A stretch of DNA of 64,000 bases, from contig CBDCTK010000002.1 of assembly GCA_965222225.1 (NCBI GenBank), forward strand, positions 1,856,001 through 1,920,000. The letters are read 5' to 3'. This document shows, piece after piece, positions 20,150-29,910 of the stretch (its first letter is position 1; each line of letters opens with the position of its first letter). The stretch comes from Candidatus Poribacteria bacterium. Lineage in GTDB: Bacteria > Poribacteria > WGA-4E > JAJDTR01. The position numbers and the translations under genes were made by a program. The notes under the pieces are model-generated. The model saw nothing but the letters and a program-made list of their open reading frames with translations. It ran no database searches and had not been told where the DNA came from.

Positions 20150-20776
20150 ATGCAGAACGATTTACGCTACCGAACGATACTACTTTTTGGCCCTCCGGGA
20201 GCTGGAAAAGGCACACAGGGAAAAATTCTCGGATCGATACCCGGTTTCCTTCACGTTGCCTCCGGCGATGTTTTTCGATCGCTCGATCCTACCTCTGAAT
20301 TGGGAAAAATCTTTGCTGACTATTCGTCACGCGGTGCGCTCGTACCCGACGACCTGACGGTTAAGATGTGGGAGGAGCATATGCAAAATCTGACCGAAGA
20401 AGGGACATACAGGCCGGATAGTGCATTATTGATTCTTGATGGCATTCCGCGGAATCTAAACCAAGCACGGCTAATGGATGAACACATTCAGGTTCTCAGC
20501 CTTATCCATTTGGGATGTGAAGACGAGGATGCGATGGTTGACAGGCTAAGTCGGCGGGCGCTTAAAGAGAATCGCGCCGATGATGCCCGCGAAAAGGTCA
20601 TACGACATCGCTTGAAGGTGTATGAACAGGAGACGCAACCTGTAATCGACTACTATTCCGCATCGCTCGTAAACGTGGTTGATGCGCTTGGCACGCCTGC
20701 CGAAGTCCTTCAACACGTTCTCAAGCTGGTTGCTCCGATGCAGCGCTGCTGCTTTCCTGACGGCGTTGAGACGTAG
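20150..20776 (+). CDS. Adenylate/nucleoside monophosphate kinase family protein (short LID)
   Basis: GPPGAGKGTQ, GDVFR, GALVPD, LDGIPR, R.DD..VI.HRL.VY. Confidence 0.85.
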   Translation: MQNDLRYRTILLFGPPGAGKGTQGKILGSIPGFLHVASGDVFRSLDPTSELGKIFADYSSRGALVPDDLTVKMWEEHMQNLTEEGTYRPDSALLILDGIPRNLNQARLMDEHIQVLSLIHLGCEDEDAMVDRLSRRALKENRADDAREKVIRHRLKVYEQETQPVIDYYSASLVNVVDALGTPAEVLQHVLKLVAPMQRCCFPDGVET

Positions 20777-20824
20777 GCTATGAACCGGACGCTGTGGGGA
20801 ATAACGAAGGATTTCTACAAGAAA

Positions 20825-20848
20825 TCGCGACCGGGAGATCGCTCCTAC
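20825..20848 (-). repeat. GTAG-type REP
   Basis: Reverse complement reads GTAGGAGCGATCTCCCGGTCGCGA. Confidence 0.6.
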
Positions 20849-21010
20849 GAGGACCTACACCCGTGGAGATCACACACAGGTGCTAAGATAATTAGGGGTG
20901 ATGGCGATGCTACACTCCTGTCGCGCCGCGGTTATGAAATCGGCTGGCGGTAGTTTATTGGTTGTCATTGATTAAATTCAGAGGCAGAATAGGTATTCAT
21001 GAGGTGTAGA

Positions 21011-21769
21011 ATGGGTTTGGAAGATAAGGTTTGTATCGTTACGGGAGGTGGAAGCGGCATCGGCCGTGGCGCGGCTCTGCTGATGGCGCATAACGGGGCC
21101 AAAATTGCGCTCGCAGGGCGGACCGTCTCAAAGGTTGAAGTGGTAAGAGACGAGATTGAAGCCGCTGGCGGCTCGGCGCTGGCATTTGGGTTGGATGTCG
21201 CAGATTACGAGGCTGCTCAACAGATGGCAAAAGACGTATTCGCAGCCTTTGGCAGAATTGACGTGCTGGTGAACAACGCCGGACACAGCTCTAAAAACCG
21301 CCGTCTCCTGAACATGACGCCGGAAGAGATTCGTCAAGTCGTTGATTCCAATCTGATTGGTACAATCTTCTGTACTCAAGCGGTAGTACCCTTTATGTTG
21401 GAAGCTAAGAGCGGAACAATTATCAACGTGTCGTCAGTTGCCGCGATACAGCCGGGACCTTTTAGCGGACCGGCGTACGGCGCAGCGAAGGCAGGGGTGA
21501 ATAATTTCACACAGTTTCTCAATGCCGATTTGGTGAATACGGGAGTAAGAGCGAGCGTGATCATGCCGGGAGAGATTGATACACCCATTCTCGATCTGCG
21601 TCCAGTCCCTCCAACGGCTGAAGCCCGTGCAACAATGGCGGATATTGAGGATACTTCGGAACTCATTAACCTCATTGCGAGCCTTCCACAAAGAGCCAAC
21701 ATACCAGAAGTAATAATCAGACCGACAATGCAACGAGACGTTTCGAAGGAAATTCAGTCTGGACCATAA
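21011..21769 (+). CDS. SDR family oxidoreductase
   Basis: TGGGSGIG, NNAG, YGAAK, PGEIDTPIL. Confidence 0.9.
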   Translation: MGLEDKVCIVTGGGSGIGRGAALLMAHNGAKIALAGRTVSKVEVVRDEIEAAGGSALAFGLDVADYEAAQQMAKDVFAAFGRIDVLVNNAGHSSKNRRLLNMTPEEIRQVVDSNLIGTIFCTQAVVPFMLEAKSGTIINVSSVAAIQPGPFSGPAYGAAKAGVNNFTQFLNADLVNTGVRASVIMPGEIDTPILDLRPVPPTAEARATMADIEDTSELINLIASLPQRANIPEVIIRPTMQRDVSKEIQSGP

Positions 21770-21907
21770 ATTGGCAATCCGTCCTCTCAGGGTGTGCCGA
21801 ACCAAAGATTCACCTAAGCGTATATGTAGAAGCGATGGGCGGTCGGAGTGAATCCCAAAATTGTGACATTTGAATGTACTTCATTATACCTATTTTAGGG
21901 GACTGAC

Positions 21908-23140
21908 ATGCATGCAGAAATAGTTATGATCGGCAGCGAGCTTCTGCTAGGAGAGCTTGTTGACACGAACGCCAACAAATTGGCAATAGCCCTTCGAAAC
22001 ATCGGGCTAGACTTATACTACAAAACCACCGTTGGTGACAACGAGGGGCGCATTACCGATGTCTTAAACCTTGCTCTGGACCGCTCGGATGTGGTTATCA
22101 CCTCCGGCGGAATTGGACCGACCGTCGACGATGTAACACGCCAAGCTGCGGCAAATGCCACAGGGCGCCGGTTGGTCTACAGCAATGCACTGGAAGTGGA
22201 GATTGCGGAGCGTTTTCGTGGGTTTGGACGAAAAATGGCGGAAAACAACCGACGTCAAGCCTATTTGCCGGAAGGCGCGTTGCCGCTCACGAATCCTGTC
22301 GGTACCGCTCCCTGTTTCTTGAGCGAGGATGTGGGCGGAAGAGGTTGCGTCATCTCGCTGCCCGGTGTGCCGCGGGAACTTTTGCACATGCTGGAAAATA
22401 CGGTAATCCCCCTGTTAGTGGAACGGATTGGTGGAATCAAGGTGACTAGAATCCGAGTTTTGCGCACCTGTGCAGTGGGTGAAAGCAACATTGATCGGGG
22501 AATCGGCGATCTCATGACTGGAGGCAATCCTACCGTCGGGTTGGCGGCACATTCGGGCCAGACCGATGTGCGAATCGCAGCCAAAGCAGACACTGAGGAA
22601 GAGGCGGACGCGCTGATCGATGGGATGGAAACTGAACTTCGGAAACGTTTGGGTATCGCTATTTACGGCGTGGGCAAAGAAACGGTGGCCGACGTAGTAG
22701 GCAGTCTATTAGCCAAATGCTCCCTAAAACTCGGCATAGCAGATACGCTTACAGATGGCCAGGTTGCCAGGGATTTGACTGAGGCAGGTTACGGGGAATT
22801 GATTGCCACGGATTCTTGGTCAAGGGATTTGACCGAAGTATTAAAGTCCGCCGGTCTGCCTGCCAATCCGGCGAAAACGGACAAGCGATCATTAGCAGAC
22901 TCCCTTGCTAAAAGCGTGAGACCATCTGATGCTGATGGAGTCGGTCTGGTGATGCTGGGTCCCTTTGAAGACAACTCGACCTGTGTCTTCCTGCATGGTC
23001 CAGGCGATATGTGTTTATTCAAAAATGGCCGCCATTATCAAGCCACAGCCCATGTTAACCGATGGTTGGTCATCCAAGGGTTGGACTGGATTCGCCGTGC
23101 AGTGCTGGGGACGTTGGAATCGCCGGTGGACTGGAATTAA
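21908..23140 (+). CDS. cinA: CinA family protein (molybdopterin-binding/COG1058 N-domain; degenerate PncC C-domain)
   Basis: IGSELLLG..VDTN, VGDN, SGGIGPTVDDVT, NRRQA, NPVGTAP, LPGVPRE. Confidence 0.85.
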   Translation: MHAEIVMIGSELLLGELVDTNANKLAIALRNIGLDLYYKTTVGDNEGRITDVLNLALDRSDVVITSGGIGPTVDDVTRQAAANATGRRLVYSNALEVEIAERFRGFGRKMAENNRRQAYLPEGALPLTNPVGTAPCFLSEDVGGRGCVISLPGVPRELLHMLENTVIPLLVERIGGIKVTRIRVLRTCAVGESNIDRGIGDLMTGGNPTVGLAAHSGQTDVRIAAKADTEEEADALIDGMETELRKRLGIAIYGVGKETVADVVGSLLAKCSLKLGIADTLTDGQVARDLTEAGYGELIATDSWSRDLTEVLKSAGLPANPAKTDKRSLADSLAKSVRPSDADGVGLVMLGPFEDNSTCVFLHGPGDMCLFKNGRHYQATAHVNRWLVIQGLDWIRRAVLGTLESPVDWN

Positions 23141-23321
23141 CCACCCTTGCGTATCAGGACGGACAAATCCATCGGTAGCAGGTGAGCACTAACGTTACGA
23201 CTTCTAGTCGGTCGAGCCAGAGGCAAACCGGAAGCTTGTCCTGACCAGAGTTTAAGGAAACCGAAGACCAAGATAAAGAAATTCGTGCTGTCTCGCCCTC
23301 ACTTCTACTTTTATTCTGTTT

Positions 23322-23611
23322 GGACTTACACAGCAACAGGAGGTCGCTACGGTAAGCAGGATCAACCGAGCGGATAGTGAGGGCGATAGAGATCTTCTTG
23401 CCCTACCGCGCATCGGCGGTCGCGACCGGAGGCGATCTCTATGGGAACTCTATCGCAGCAGGCTCTCTATCGCACTCCTTATTCAGTCGCTTGATCTATT
23501 CGTTCCCTCGATCACTCGCTATCCACTCGTTTGTTCGCTCCTACAGGATTGTGGCCTCGAAACACGAAATAAACTCCGCGAATTTTTAGATGTTCAATTG
23601 CGAAAGTCCTA
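23322..23611. repeat. AGGACTTACGCA-type shell containing two REPs, each split by a modular insert
   Basis: ggacttacacag ... ttgcgaaagtccta; internal REP halves gcaacaggaggtcgc/ccctac and tcgcgaccggagg/tcgctcctac. Confidence 0.55.
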
Positions 23612-23662
23612 TCTGTTTTTCTCCCCACTCATGTACCTTCCCTTGTCCAAGTCAATAAGAAC

Positions 23663-24945
23663 CTGAGGTTTCCAAAAGAATGAGAAAAGCTTGACACCTC
23701 TGGGATAAAGCGTTACCCTTGGATGAAAATGCTCCCGGAGGATGGCTACGATGCTAGAAAGGTTGAACGAATCGCTTCGATTTTAACGGTGGCTTCTGTA
23801 TAGCAAGTTCCGCGACAATCGGGAGGAAGCAATAGAAATTCTGTTGGTGTTGGTGGTAGGACATGTTTTCGGCTACTATACGCCCCACCAATTGGCCCAG
23901 AGATTGGATATACCCAAGAGTCAACTGTACGAAGAATTGAAGTTTTGGAGTATCTATCAATGGAGACGTCAGTTGATGGTGATGGGGAGTGAATTGGCTG
24001 TTGAGCTTTTGCAGGAACTTGAAGGCAAGAGTGCCTCGACGCACTCTCGTATGCGTGTGACTATTGGCGTCGACGACACAGTGATAGACCGTTTGGGTCG
24101 AGTCTTGTCGATGACATATTCGTGGTGGAGTGGTCGTGCCAAGAAGGTGGTTCGTGGTCAGAATATTCTTGGTATCACCATCAAGATTGGGTGCATGGTC
24201 GTTCCCTTGGTAGTACGCCCTGTCGGCAAACAAGGACGCGCTAACACTTCCAAGCCAGAAGTTTTTGAGACCATTGTGGCTCAAGTCATCGCCTTTTTCA
24301 AAACATAAGGGATTGACTTGACCGAGTATCCTATCAGTTTCGACACGTGGTATGGCTCCGAAGAATTGGTGACTTTGCTGACCGACAAAGGTTTCGACCA
24401 GATTGCCATTCATGCCAAGAGCCGCTATGTATTCACCATTGGGCAAAGTCATCTGCCATTGAGTGAACATAAGCGTCAAATCGAATTGATAGAAGGTCAA
24501 TGGGGGTGTGGAAACACACCGGTCGCACGTTGCCAAGCCCAGAGTCCAACCTTCGGGAAACTGATATTGTTGCTGTTTCGACAAGGAGGGCAGCTCAAGG
24601 CCGTTATGATGTTTGGTCGGAAGTTGCGAGCATGTGAGATACTGGCCATCTGGCAGCAACATCATGGCATCGAGCAGTTCTGGCGTGCTCTCAAGACCGT
24701 CTTGCAGATTCGTCAAATGAGATTGCGTGGCAGACAGGGCGTCTATGCCACTTTGGCAATCAAGGTCATCGCCTATCTGCTGATGCTGAGAATCGGGTAC
24801 TACTCTCATTTTACACGCCAGCAAATCCAAATGGAAGTCAGTAAACAACTGGACATTCAACACTTCTTCAATGAGCATTTTCATCCCAACGATGCGGCTA
24901 TACCAGCATGAACACTATAAGAAACAAGTCTCATGGAAACGTCAG
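23663..24945 (+). mobile_element. IS4/IS701-superfamily insertion sequence
   Basis: TIRs ctgaggtttccaaaaga / tctcatggaaacgtcag enclose a DDE transposase gene; internal TTGACA-17-TACCCT promoter. Confidence 0.8.
23742..24911 (+). pseudogene. IS701-like DDE transposase with two in-frame TAA stops
   Basis: A single frame from ATG 23742 has VDDT, FDTWY and HGIEQFWRALK motifs; stops at 23784 and 24306. Confidence 0.8.
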
Positions 24946-24988
24946 TTAGTAATTCGATGGAAGCACTTGCGGGGCACTGGATATATTA

Positions 24989-25982
24989 ACCAATGGTGCT
25001 AGTTTGAAATTTGGAGGTTAATAAGCATAACATTCCCTTTTGGCTTTGCTTTAACGCGAAAGGTATCAGGGCATGAGACGATTTCCTCGATTCTTCCGTT
25101 AATTTGAGTATCGGTAGCTATCAAATAACGGGAGGAAATCTAGACTCATGACCATAGTAGATTTTATCACAGAACTGTTTTGTCGTGTTGATGATAAACT
25201 CTCACAGCACGGTAAAAACCATAAGCATAGCCAAGCCAAACTTTATCCGTCTGAAGTGGTTACCATTGCCATGCTCTTTGCGCTCAAGGGTGTGGGTAAT
25301 CGAGCCTCCTATCGCTGGATAGCGAACAATTTCAAATCCTTATTTCCGATGTTACCCGAGCGTACCCGATTGTTCCGCTTATTCGACGGGCATCAACATC
25401 TCATTGACGTTTTTATGGCGAATCCTTCGCTTATCGGTGGAATTGACACGTACGGTATTGAATTGATTCACCCGCGCCGAGAAGGGCGCTCTAAACGTCA
25501 AATCGGACGCAAAGGCATTTCCAACCAACGATGGATTGTAGGTGGAAAACTTTGCTTGCTACACAATCATCTCGGACTGATTGTCAACTGGGACTGCGAC
25601 ACTGCCAATGTACATGATGGGAGTGCCTTCCAACATCTCGTTGATGGGGTCAGTGACCAGATGGTTGTTTTTGCCGATGTAAATTTCGCCAAAGCGGATT
25701 GGTTCCCTTCCAACTTGCGTCTGTGCCGACGTGGCGAGTGGAATTCTCGGATGCTGTGAGTGGAATTCTCGGATGCTGGTAGAAACGATTTTGTCCATGT
25801 TGACGCTAGTGTGCCATTTTAAGAAAGTCATGCACCGTCGTTGGAGTTACTTCAAAACGCGAGTCGGCTTTACAATGGCTTTGGTCAATCTCTTGGTACA
25901 GTGGAATGGATTGTCGATTGACGACGATGGCTTTGTGCCTCTGTCAATAGCTCAATTCAGTCTCTAAACTAGCACCAAAGGT
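24989..25982 (+). mobile_element. IS982-like insertion sequence
   Basis: TIRs accaatggtgctagttt / aaactagcaccaaaggt (AC...GT ends); TATTA target duplication on both sides. Confidence 0.8.
25148..25967 (+). pseudogene. IS982-like transposase, frameshifted by a 22-bp tandem duplication
   Basis: DFITELFCRVDD, SEVVT, IDTYGIEL, R.LVET; gagtggaattctcggatgctg is duplicated at 25736-25778. Confidence 0.8.
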
Positions 25983-26609
25983 TATTACTGCCCCAAGACA
26001 TAGACCGGTATGGTACGTCAGGGGCTTGAACAGTTTGGACACATTGACATCCTGGTGAACAGCGTGGGGTCACGCCCAGAACGTGACCGTGTGCCCATGG
26101 TTGAGTTGGAAGAAGATGCATGGGATAAAGAATTCAACATCAACACCAAGGGGAATTTCCTCTGCTGCAGAACGGTTGCCAGGCACATGATAGACCGTGG
26201 CGGCGGGGGAAAAATCATCAACATTGCCTCTACGTCAGGTAGACATGCTAGACCCCGTTTTGCTGCCTACTGCGTCTCTAAGGCCGCGCTGCTTATTTTT
26301 ACGCAGTGTCTCGCATGCGAGTTAGGGGCTTACCACATCAACGTCAACGCTATCTCCCCAACCGCCGTGGATTCAGAACGGACAGGCGATATAGCAGCCG
26401 CGATGCCGTCGGAGCTTGTGTCACCAGAAACCTGGAGGACGAGCAAGAGGCGTGAGGAATTTATCAACAACCGGGTTGCGATGACTCCCTTAGGACGAGT
26501 TGCGGACGGATCTGATGTTGCCAGGACAGCGGCATTTCTCGCTTCGTCCGAGTCGGATTACCTCACAGGCATCGCCATTAGTGTCACCGGCGGTTCTGAA
26601 TTGGACTGA
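25983..26609 (+). pseudogene. SDR oxidoreductase lacking its N-terminal Rossmann motif (IS-disrupted)
   Basis: FGHIDILVN, YCVSK, TPLGR, FLAS are present; GxxxGxG is absent; 5' remnant at 24946-24988 lies on the other side of the IS. Confidence 0.75.
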
Positions 26610-26693
26610 TGCCGATGAACGGTGCGGAGCTGCTCGAACGGCTGGGTAATACCATGGGTAATACCAATTGAAGTTTGAAATGAGACTTTTATC

Positions 26694-26738
26694 ACCCCCA
26701 TCCCAACCTTCCCCCATCAAGGAGGAAGGCGCACCAAT
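26694..26738. repeat. REP-like element CCCCCATCCCAACCTTCCCCCATCAAGGAGGAAGG
   Basis: C-rich leader followed by the hairpin ccttccccc-atcaa-ggaggaagg. Confidence 0.5.
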
Positions 26739-26955
26739 TCCCGTCTCCCCTGGTGGTTTAGAAGCGGATGAATCGGTTGTTGAGGAATGCCTACACGATC
26801 AACAGGAACGGAATCTACGCAAACAAGCTAAATGAAAAAGCAGGATAGCAAATCACCTAGGCGTGAAAGCCCATTGAGTAACTTGCCCCCTGCTTTTCTA
26901 AACTGCAGAAGTCCCCACACAGTATGCAGGAACGAAGATTAAGTTGTGTGATATG

Positions 26956-26991
26956 TGAAACACAGGCACAAATACCTGGCTTGTGTTTCAT
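26956..26991. terminator. Hairpin just downstream of the 27003-28136 gene
   Basis: tgaaacacaggc ... gcttgtgtttca stem directly after the stop; no strong U-tract. Confidence 0.35.
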
Positions 26992-27002
26992 GCATTGTAG
27001 AA

Positions 27003-28136
27003 TTACTTGGAACTTTTGATAGCCCCCCATTGAGTGGTCAATTTGCCCCTGGCGTCAACAGCAGTAGCCACAGGCAAGCCATCCGCATCGGTAACGGTAA
27101 TGTTGTCAAGTAGACCTTCTTTCATACTCTCCAGATAGATTCCAACATTACCAGACCCATACTTAGTATCCTTGACGTCAAGAATTGGTTCTACGAGCCC
27201 CGCCGCGACTGTCTCGCGATTGACTGGGGTAGTACCATTAACATTCGGAGCGTTGTCTGGTTGTAGAGGAAAAAGGTGGGCCTGCGACGCAACTATTTCT
27301 TCAGCGTCTTCGGCATACTTGGGCCCAAACCAGACCTTAATGCTATCGCCGAAGGCTTCAACCCGCAAGTACATTACAATGGTGTGATCCATCGGAAGCT
27401 GTCCGCGCTGCCCGGGAGGGTCCCCGAAAGCGGGATCGATCGCAGTATAGCCGTGCCACGATCCGGCAATGCGCTTGCTCTGCCCGCCCCCGTCAATATC
27501 TACATAATCCCAGTCACACTCCCACGACGTCTCGGGATCGGCGATACCATCCGGACCGCCGTCTGGACCATGAACATCCGGCCCTCGTCGATAATTTAGG
27601 CACCCGCCAGGGACGCCGCAACCGTCTGCCAGATCAAGTAACTGGACAGACTGCGATTCATTCCATCCGAACGTCACCATATATCCCGTGGCCCAAGCGT
27701 CCGTGTTAACAAGGGGAAGAACCTCAGCGATGTCGAAATAAGTTAGCGCGGCAGGGGTACGTCGGAAAGTAACGCCCCAAGTGTCATCGTCGGCCCAAGA
27801 CGCCTCCAAATCGATAACACCATCGGTGAATTCTGGAGAAAACGGTAGCTCGGTATGCCCGGATACAGCACAACCTTCCGTAAGCTGTATGAGTGCCTTC
27901 TCGCCCGCTCTTCCAGCATCTGGATACTCTGCTCCGACATCCGATATGTCAAAGAATATATCTGGCATTTCGACGTTGGCATTCCAATTGTCGGGGTTAT
28001 TTACCTCTGGGCCAGGAATAGCTTTCGTCGTGGCGTCTGGTTCAAAATCCGCATACCAAATGACCTCAGCATTTGCCTGACCAATCACCGTGAACACTAG
28101 CAGCGCAGTTATGGTGAGTAGTGTTGCAGTTTTCAT
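27003..28136 (-). CDS. Secreted ConA-like/DUF1080-like protein with C-terminal WG motif
   Basis: Signal peptide (MKTATLL..ANA); beta-sandwich motifs WGVTFR, D.KY.SG.VGI, DNITVT; ends AVDARGKLTTQWGAIKSSK; RBS AAGGAG. Confidence 0.75.
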   Translation of the reverse strand: MKTATLLTITALLVFTVIGQANAEVIWYADFEPDATTKAIPGPEVNNPDNWNANVEMPDIFFDISDVGAEYPDAGRAGEKALIQLTEGCAVSGHTELPFSPEFTDGVIDLEASWADDDTWGVTFRRTPAALTYFDIAEVLPLVNTDAWATGYMVTFGWNESQSVQLLDLADGCGVPGGCLNYRRGPDVHGPDGGPDGIADPETSWECDWDYVDIDGGGQSKRIAGSWHGYTAIDPAFGDPPGQRGQLPMDHTIVMYLRVEAFGDSIKVWFGPKYAEDAEEIVASQAHLFPLQPDNAPNVNGTTPVNRETVAAGLVEPILDVKDTKYGSGNVGIYLESMKEGLLDNITVTDADGLPVATAVDARGKLTTQWGAIKSSK

Positions 28137-28341
28137 GTATAGGATCTCCTTAGTTTATAGATTTATCTAATTTTCCACAATAAACGGTGCACTTTAGTTT
28201 GCGGCTCCGCAATTGTAATCTTCCCGCTTAACAGTACCTAGAAACTAAGCGAGCGGCAACGGATTACCAAACCACAAAGTACTCCATAAACACAGAAAAT
28301 TGGGTCGTTGACGCAGCACGAGACATATCGCGCTTCGGGTT

Positions 28342-28367
28342 GTAGGGGCATAACACGTTACCCCTAT
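28342..28367 (+). repeat. GTAG-type REP
   Basis: gtaggggcataacacgttacccctat imperfect hairpin. Confidence 0.5.
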
Positions 28368-28518
28368 TGGCGCGGGGAAGTCCCCACAATAATCACGTAT
28401 TATACATATAGATCCACATAGATGTCAAGTCCAAAATGCAGCCTGATTCACCCCCAGTTTTTAGGATTGGAGATTTTATAACCTCTACATCTACTGCCTC
28501 ACCGAACCCTTGTATGTT

Positions 28519-28605
28519 GGACGCAGAGCGTCGAGTGAGGCGTTCCGACGCGGAGCATCGGAACGAGCCAGTGAGTGTGTTTTCTCGTTCCCACGCTCTG
28601 CGTCC
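28519..28605. repeat. REP-like cluster (GACGCAGAGCGTC / CTCGTTCCCACGCTCTGCGT)
   Basis: ggacgcagagcgt ... acgctctgcgtcc outer IR with inner gttccgacgcggagcatcggaac hairpin. Confidence 0.55.
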
Positions 28606-28908
28606 GTCATAAAATATGAATACCGCAGCAAGCTGTAAATCTGCATCAATGGAGAGAACGTTGGGCGGGCCGGTGTTTGGTCTGTTGGGCAAGGCGACGC
28701 ACTTAAATTACGGATAGGCGGATGTTAGAGGAAATGCGTTGCGGAGATTTGGTATTGAGTCGGGAATTTATTAGTCGGTGTATGCCCCGGAGGGATTAGA
28801 CTATGTGTGGTATATAAGTATCTGTAAGCCCAAGGTTTAGCATTGCATCAACATATGTGGAATTGGACATATTGAGGTATGTGCTGTTCAATGATGGCTG
28901 AACGTAAT

Positions 28909-29742
28909 TTAGCGTAAGTGCTCCAATAGCGCAAGCGGCGTAGCTGCCAACGTGCCAGCATCAACTGGCAACACTACTCCGGAAATCCAACGAGCCTCGT
29001 CACTTGCCAGAAATACTCCAGCCCACGCCACATCCCACGCAGTGCCCTCGGTGCCTAGGGACGTCCCACGCCTACGGAGGTCGCGCGATTCTTCCGCAAT
29101 CATGCCTACAAACGACCCCCAAACATGTCCGGGGGCAATGGAATTGACCCTAATGTTGTCCCGTCCGTGATGTACCGCCATGTTCCTGGTCATAGCAATG
29201 ACACCACCCTTGGCTGCGGCATAGGGAATATTTGGTCCCCACCCCGCGCGCATACCGTCAATAGAAGAAATATTGATAATCGACCCGCTGCCACTCGCGA
29301 TCATCTGCGGGATGGCGTGTTTACAAGCCAGCATTGTACCCTTGAGATTGACCTCTACGACACGGTCCCAGGCATCTTCTTCTACATCAACAACGGTCTT
29401 TGCGCCAGCGAGACCCGCATTGTTGAATAGGATGTGCAATCCGCCGTAACGTGACACAGCAGCTTCACCCATCGCCTGACAATCCGCGTTCTTCGTTACA
29501 TCGGCGACAAATATGGACGCCTCGCCGCCTACATCCTTAATCGTGTCGAGGGTTTTCGCGGCATTGCTCTCGTCCAAATCCGCTAGCAGAACCTTGGCGC
29601 CTTGCCTAGCGAAGAGAATTGCTGTAGCTTGGCCCGTGCCAGTCACCTCGCAACGCGCTCCCGCCCCTGTCACAATCGCGACTTTTCCGGCTAACCGCGT
29701 TCCGTTCTGTTGCATTGTTCCCTTTCCCACTTCAGTAGACAT
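28909..29742 (-). CDS. SDR family oxidoreductase
   Basis: LAGKVAIVTGAG, NNAG, YAAAK, IRVNSIAPG, FLASDEARWISG; start at MSTEVGKG after GGAGG RBS. Confidence 0.88.
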   Translation of the reverse strand: MSTEVGKGTMQQNGTRLAGKVAIVTGAGARCEVTGTGQATAILFARQGAKVLLADLDESNAAKTLDTIKDVGGEASIFVADVTKNADCQAMGEAAVSRYGGLHILFNNAGLAGAKTVVDVEEDAWDRVVEVNLKGTMLACKHAIPQMIASGSGSIINISSIDGMRAGWGPNIPYAAAKGGVIAMTRNMAVHHGRDNIRVNSIAPGHVWGSFVGMIAEESRDLRRRGTSLGTEGTAWDVAWAGVFLASDEARWISGVVLPVDAGTLAATPLALLEHLR

Positions 29743-29770
29743 CTTTCCTCCGTAGAGTATGTTTAAATAT

Positions 29771-29863
29771 AGCAAGTCGGCGCGGCCGGTAAAAGATGCT
29801 TTCATCTGGCCCGACGCCCTGGGTTCGGACCATTGCCCAGTGGGCGTGGATATCGACCTGTAA
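29771..29863 (+). pseudogene. xth: 3' fragment of exodeoxyribonuclease III
   Basis: Frame reads VKDAFIWPDALGSDHCPVGVDIDL*, with the ExoIII C-terminal SDHCP motif; no 5' part. Confidence 0.65.
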
Positions 29864-29910
29864 TACACGACAAAGCCCCAAACTTGCGGTTGGTAGGCCG
29901 CCTCCAACAA

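Noticed and set aside
23150-23250. c-di-GMP riboswitch suggested by GGCAAACC
   Set aside because: The GAAA tetraloop/receptor architecture is absent and no gene lies directly downstream.
23784-24308. Two in-frame TAA codons as possible stop-codon reassignment
   Set aside because: TAA terminates many normal genes here (guaA, argS, gatA); simple nonsense mutations explain them.
23754-24884. 376-aa antisense ORF over the transposase (and its 118-aa echo at 35799-36155)
   Set aside because: It is a shadow of the DDE transposase frame, has no recognisable motifs, and such antisense frames are common in IS elements.
29743-29910. N-terminal extension of the SDR ORF called from 29910
   Set aside because: It runs antisense through the xth fragment; an RBS supports the start at 29742.
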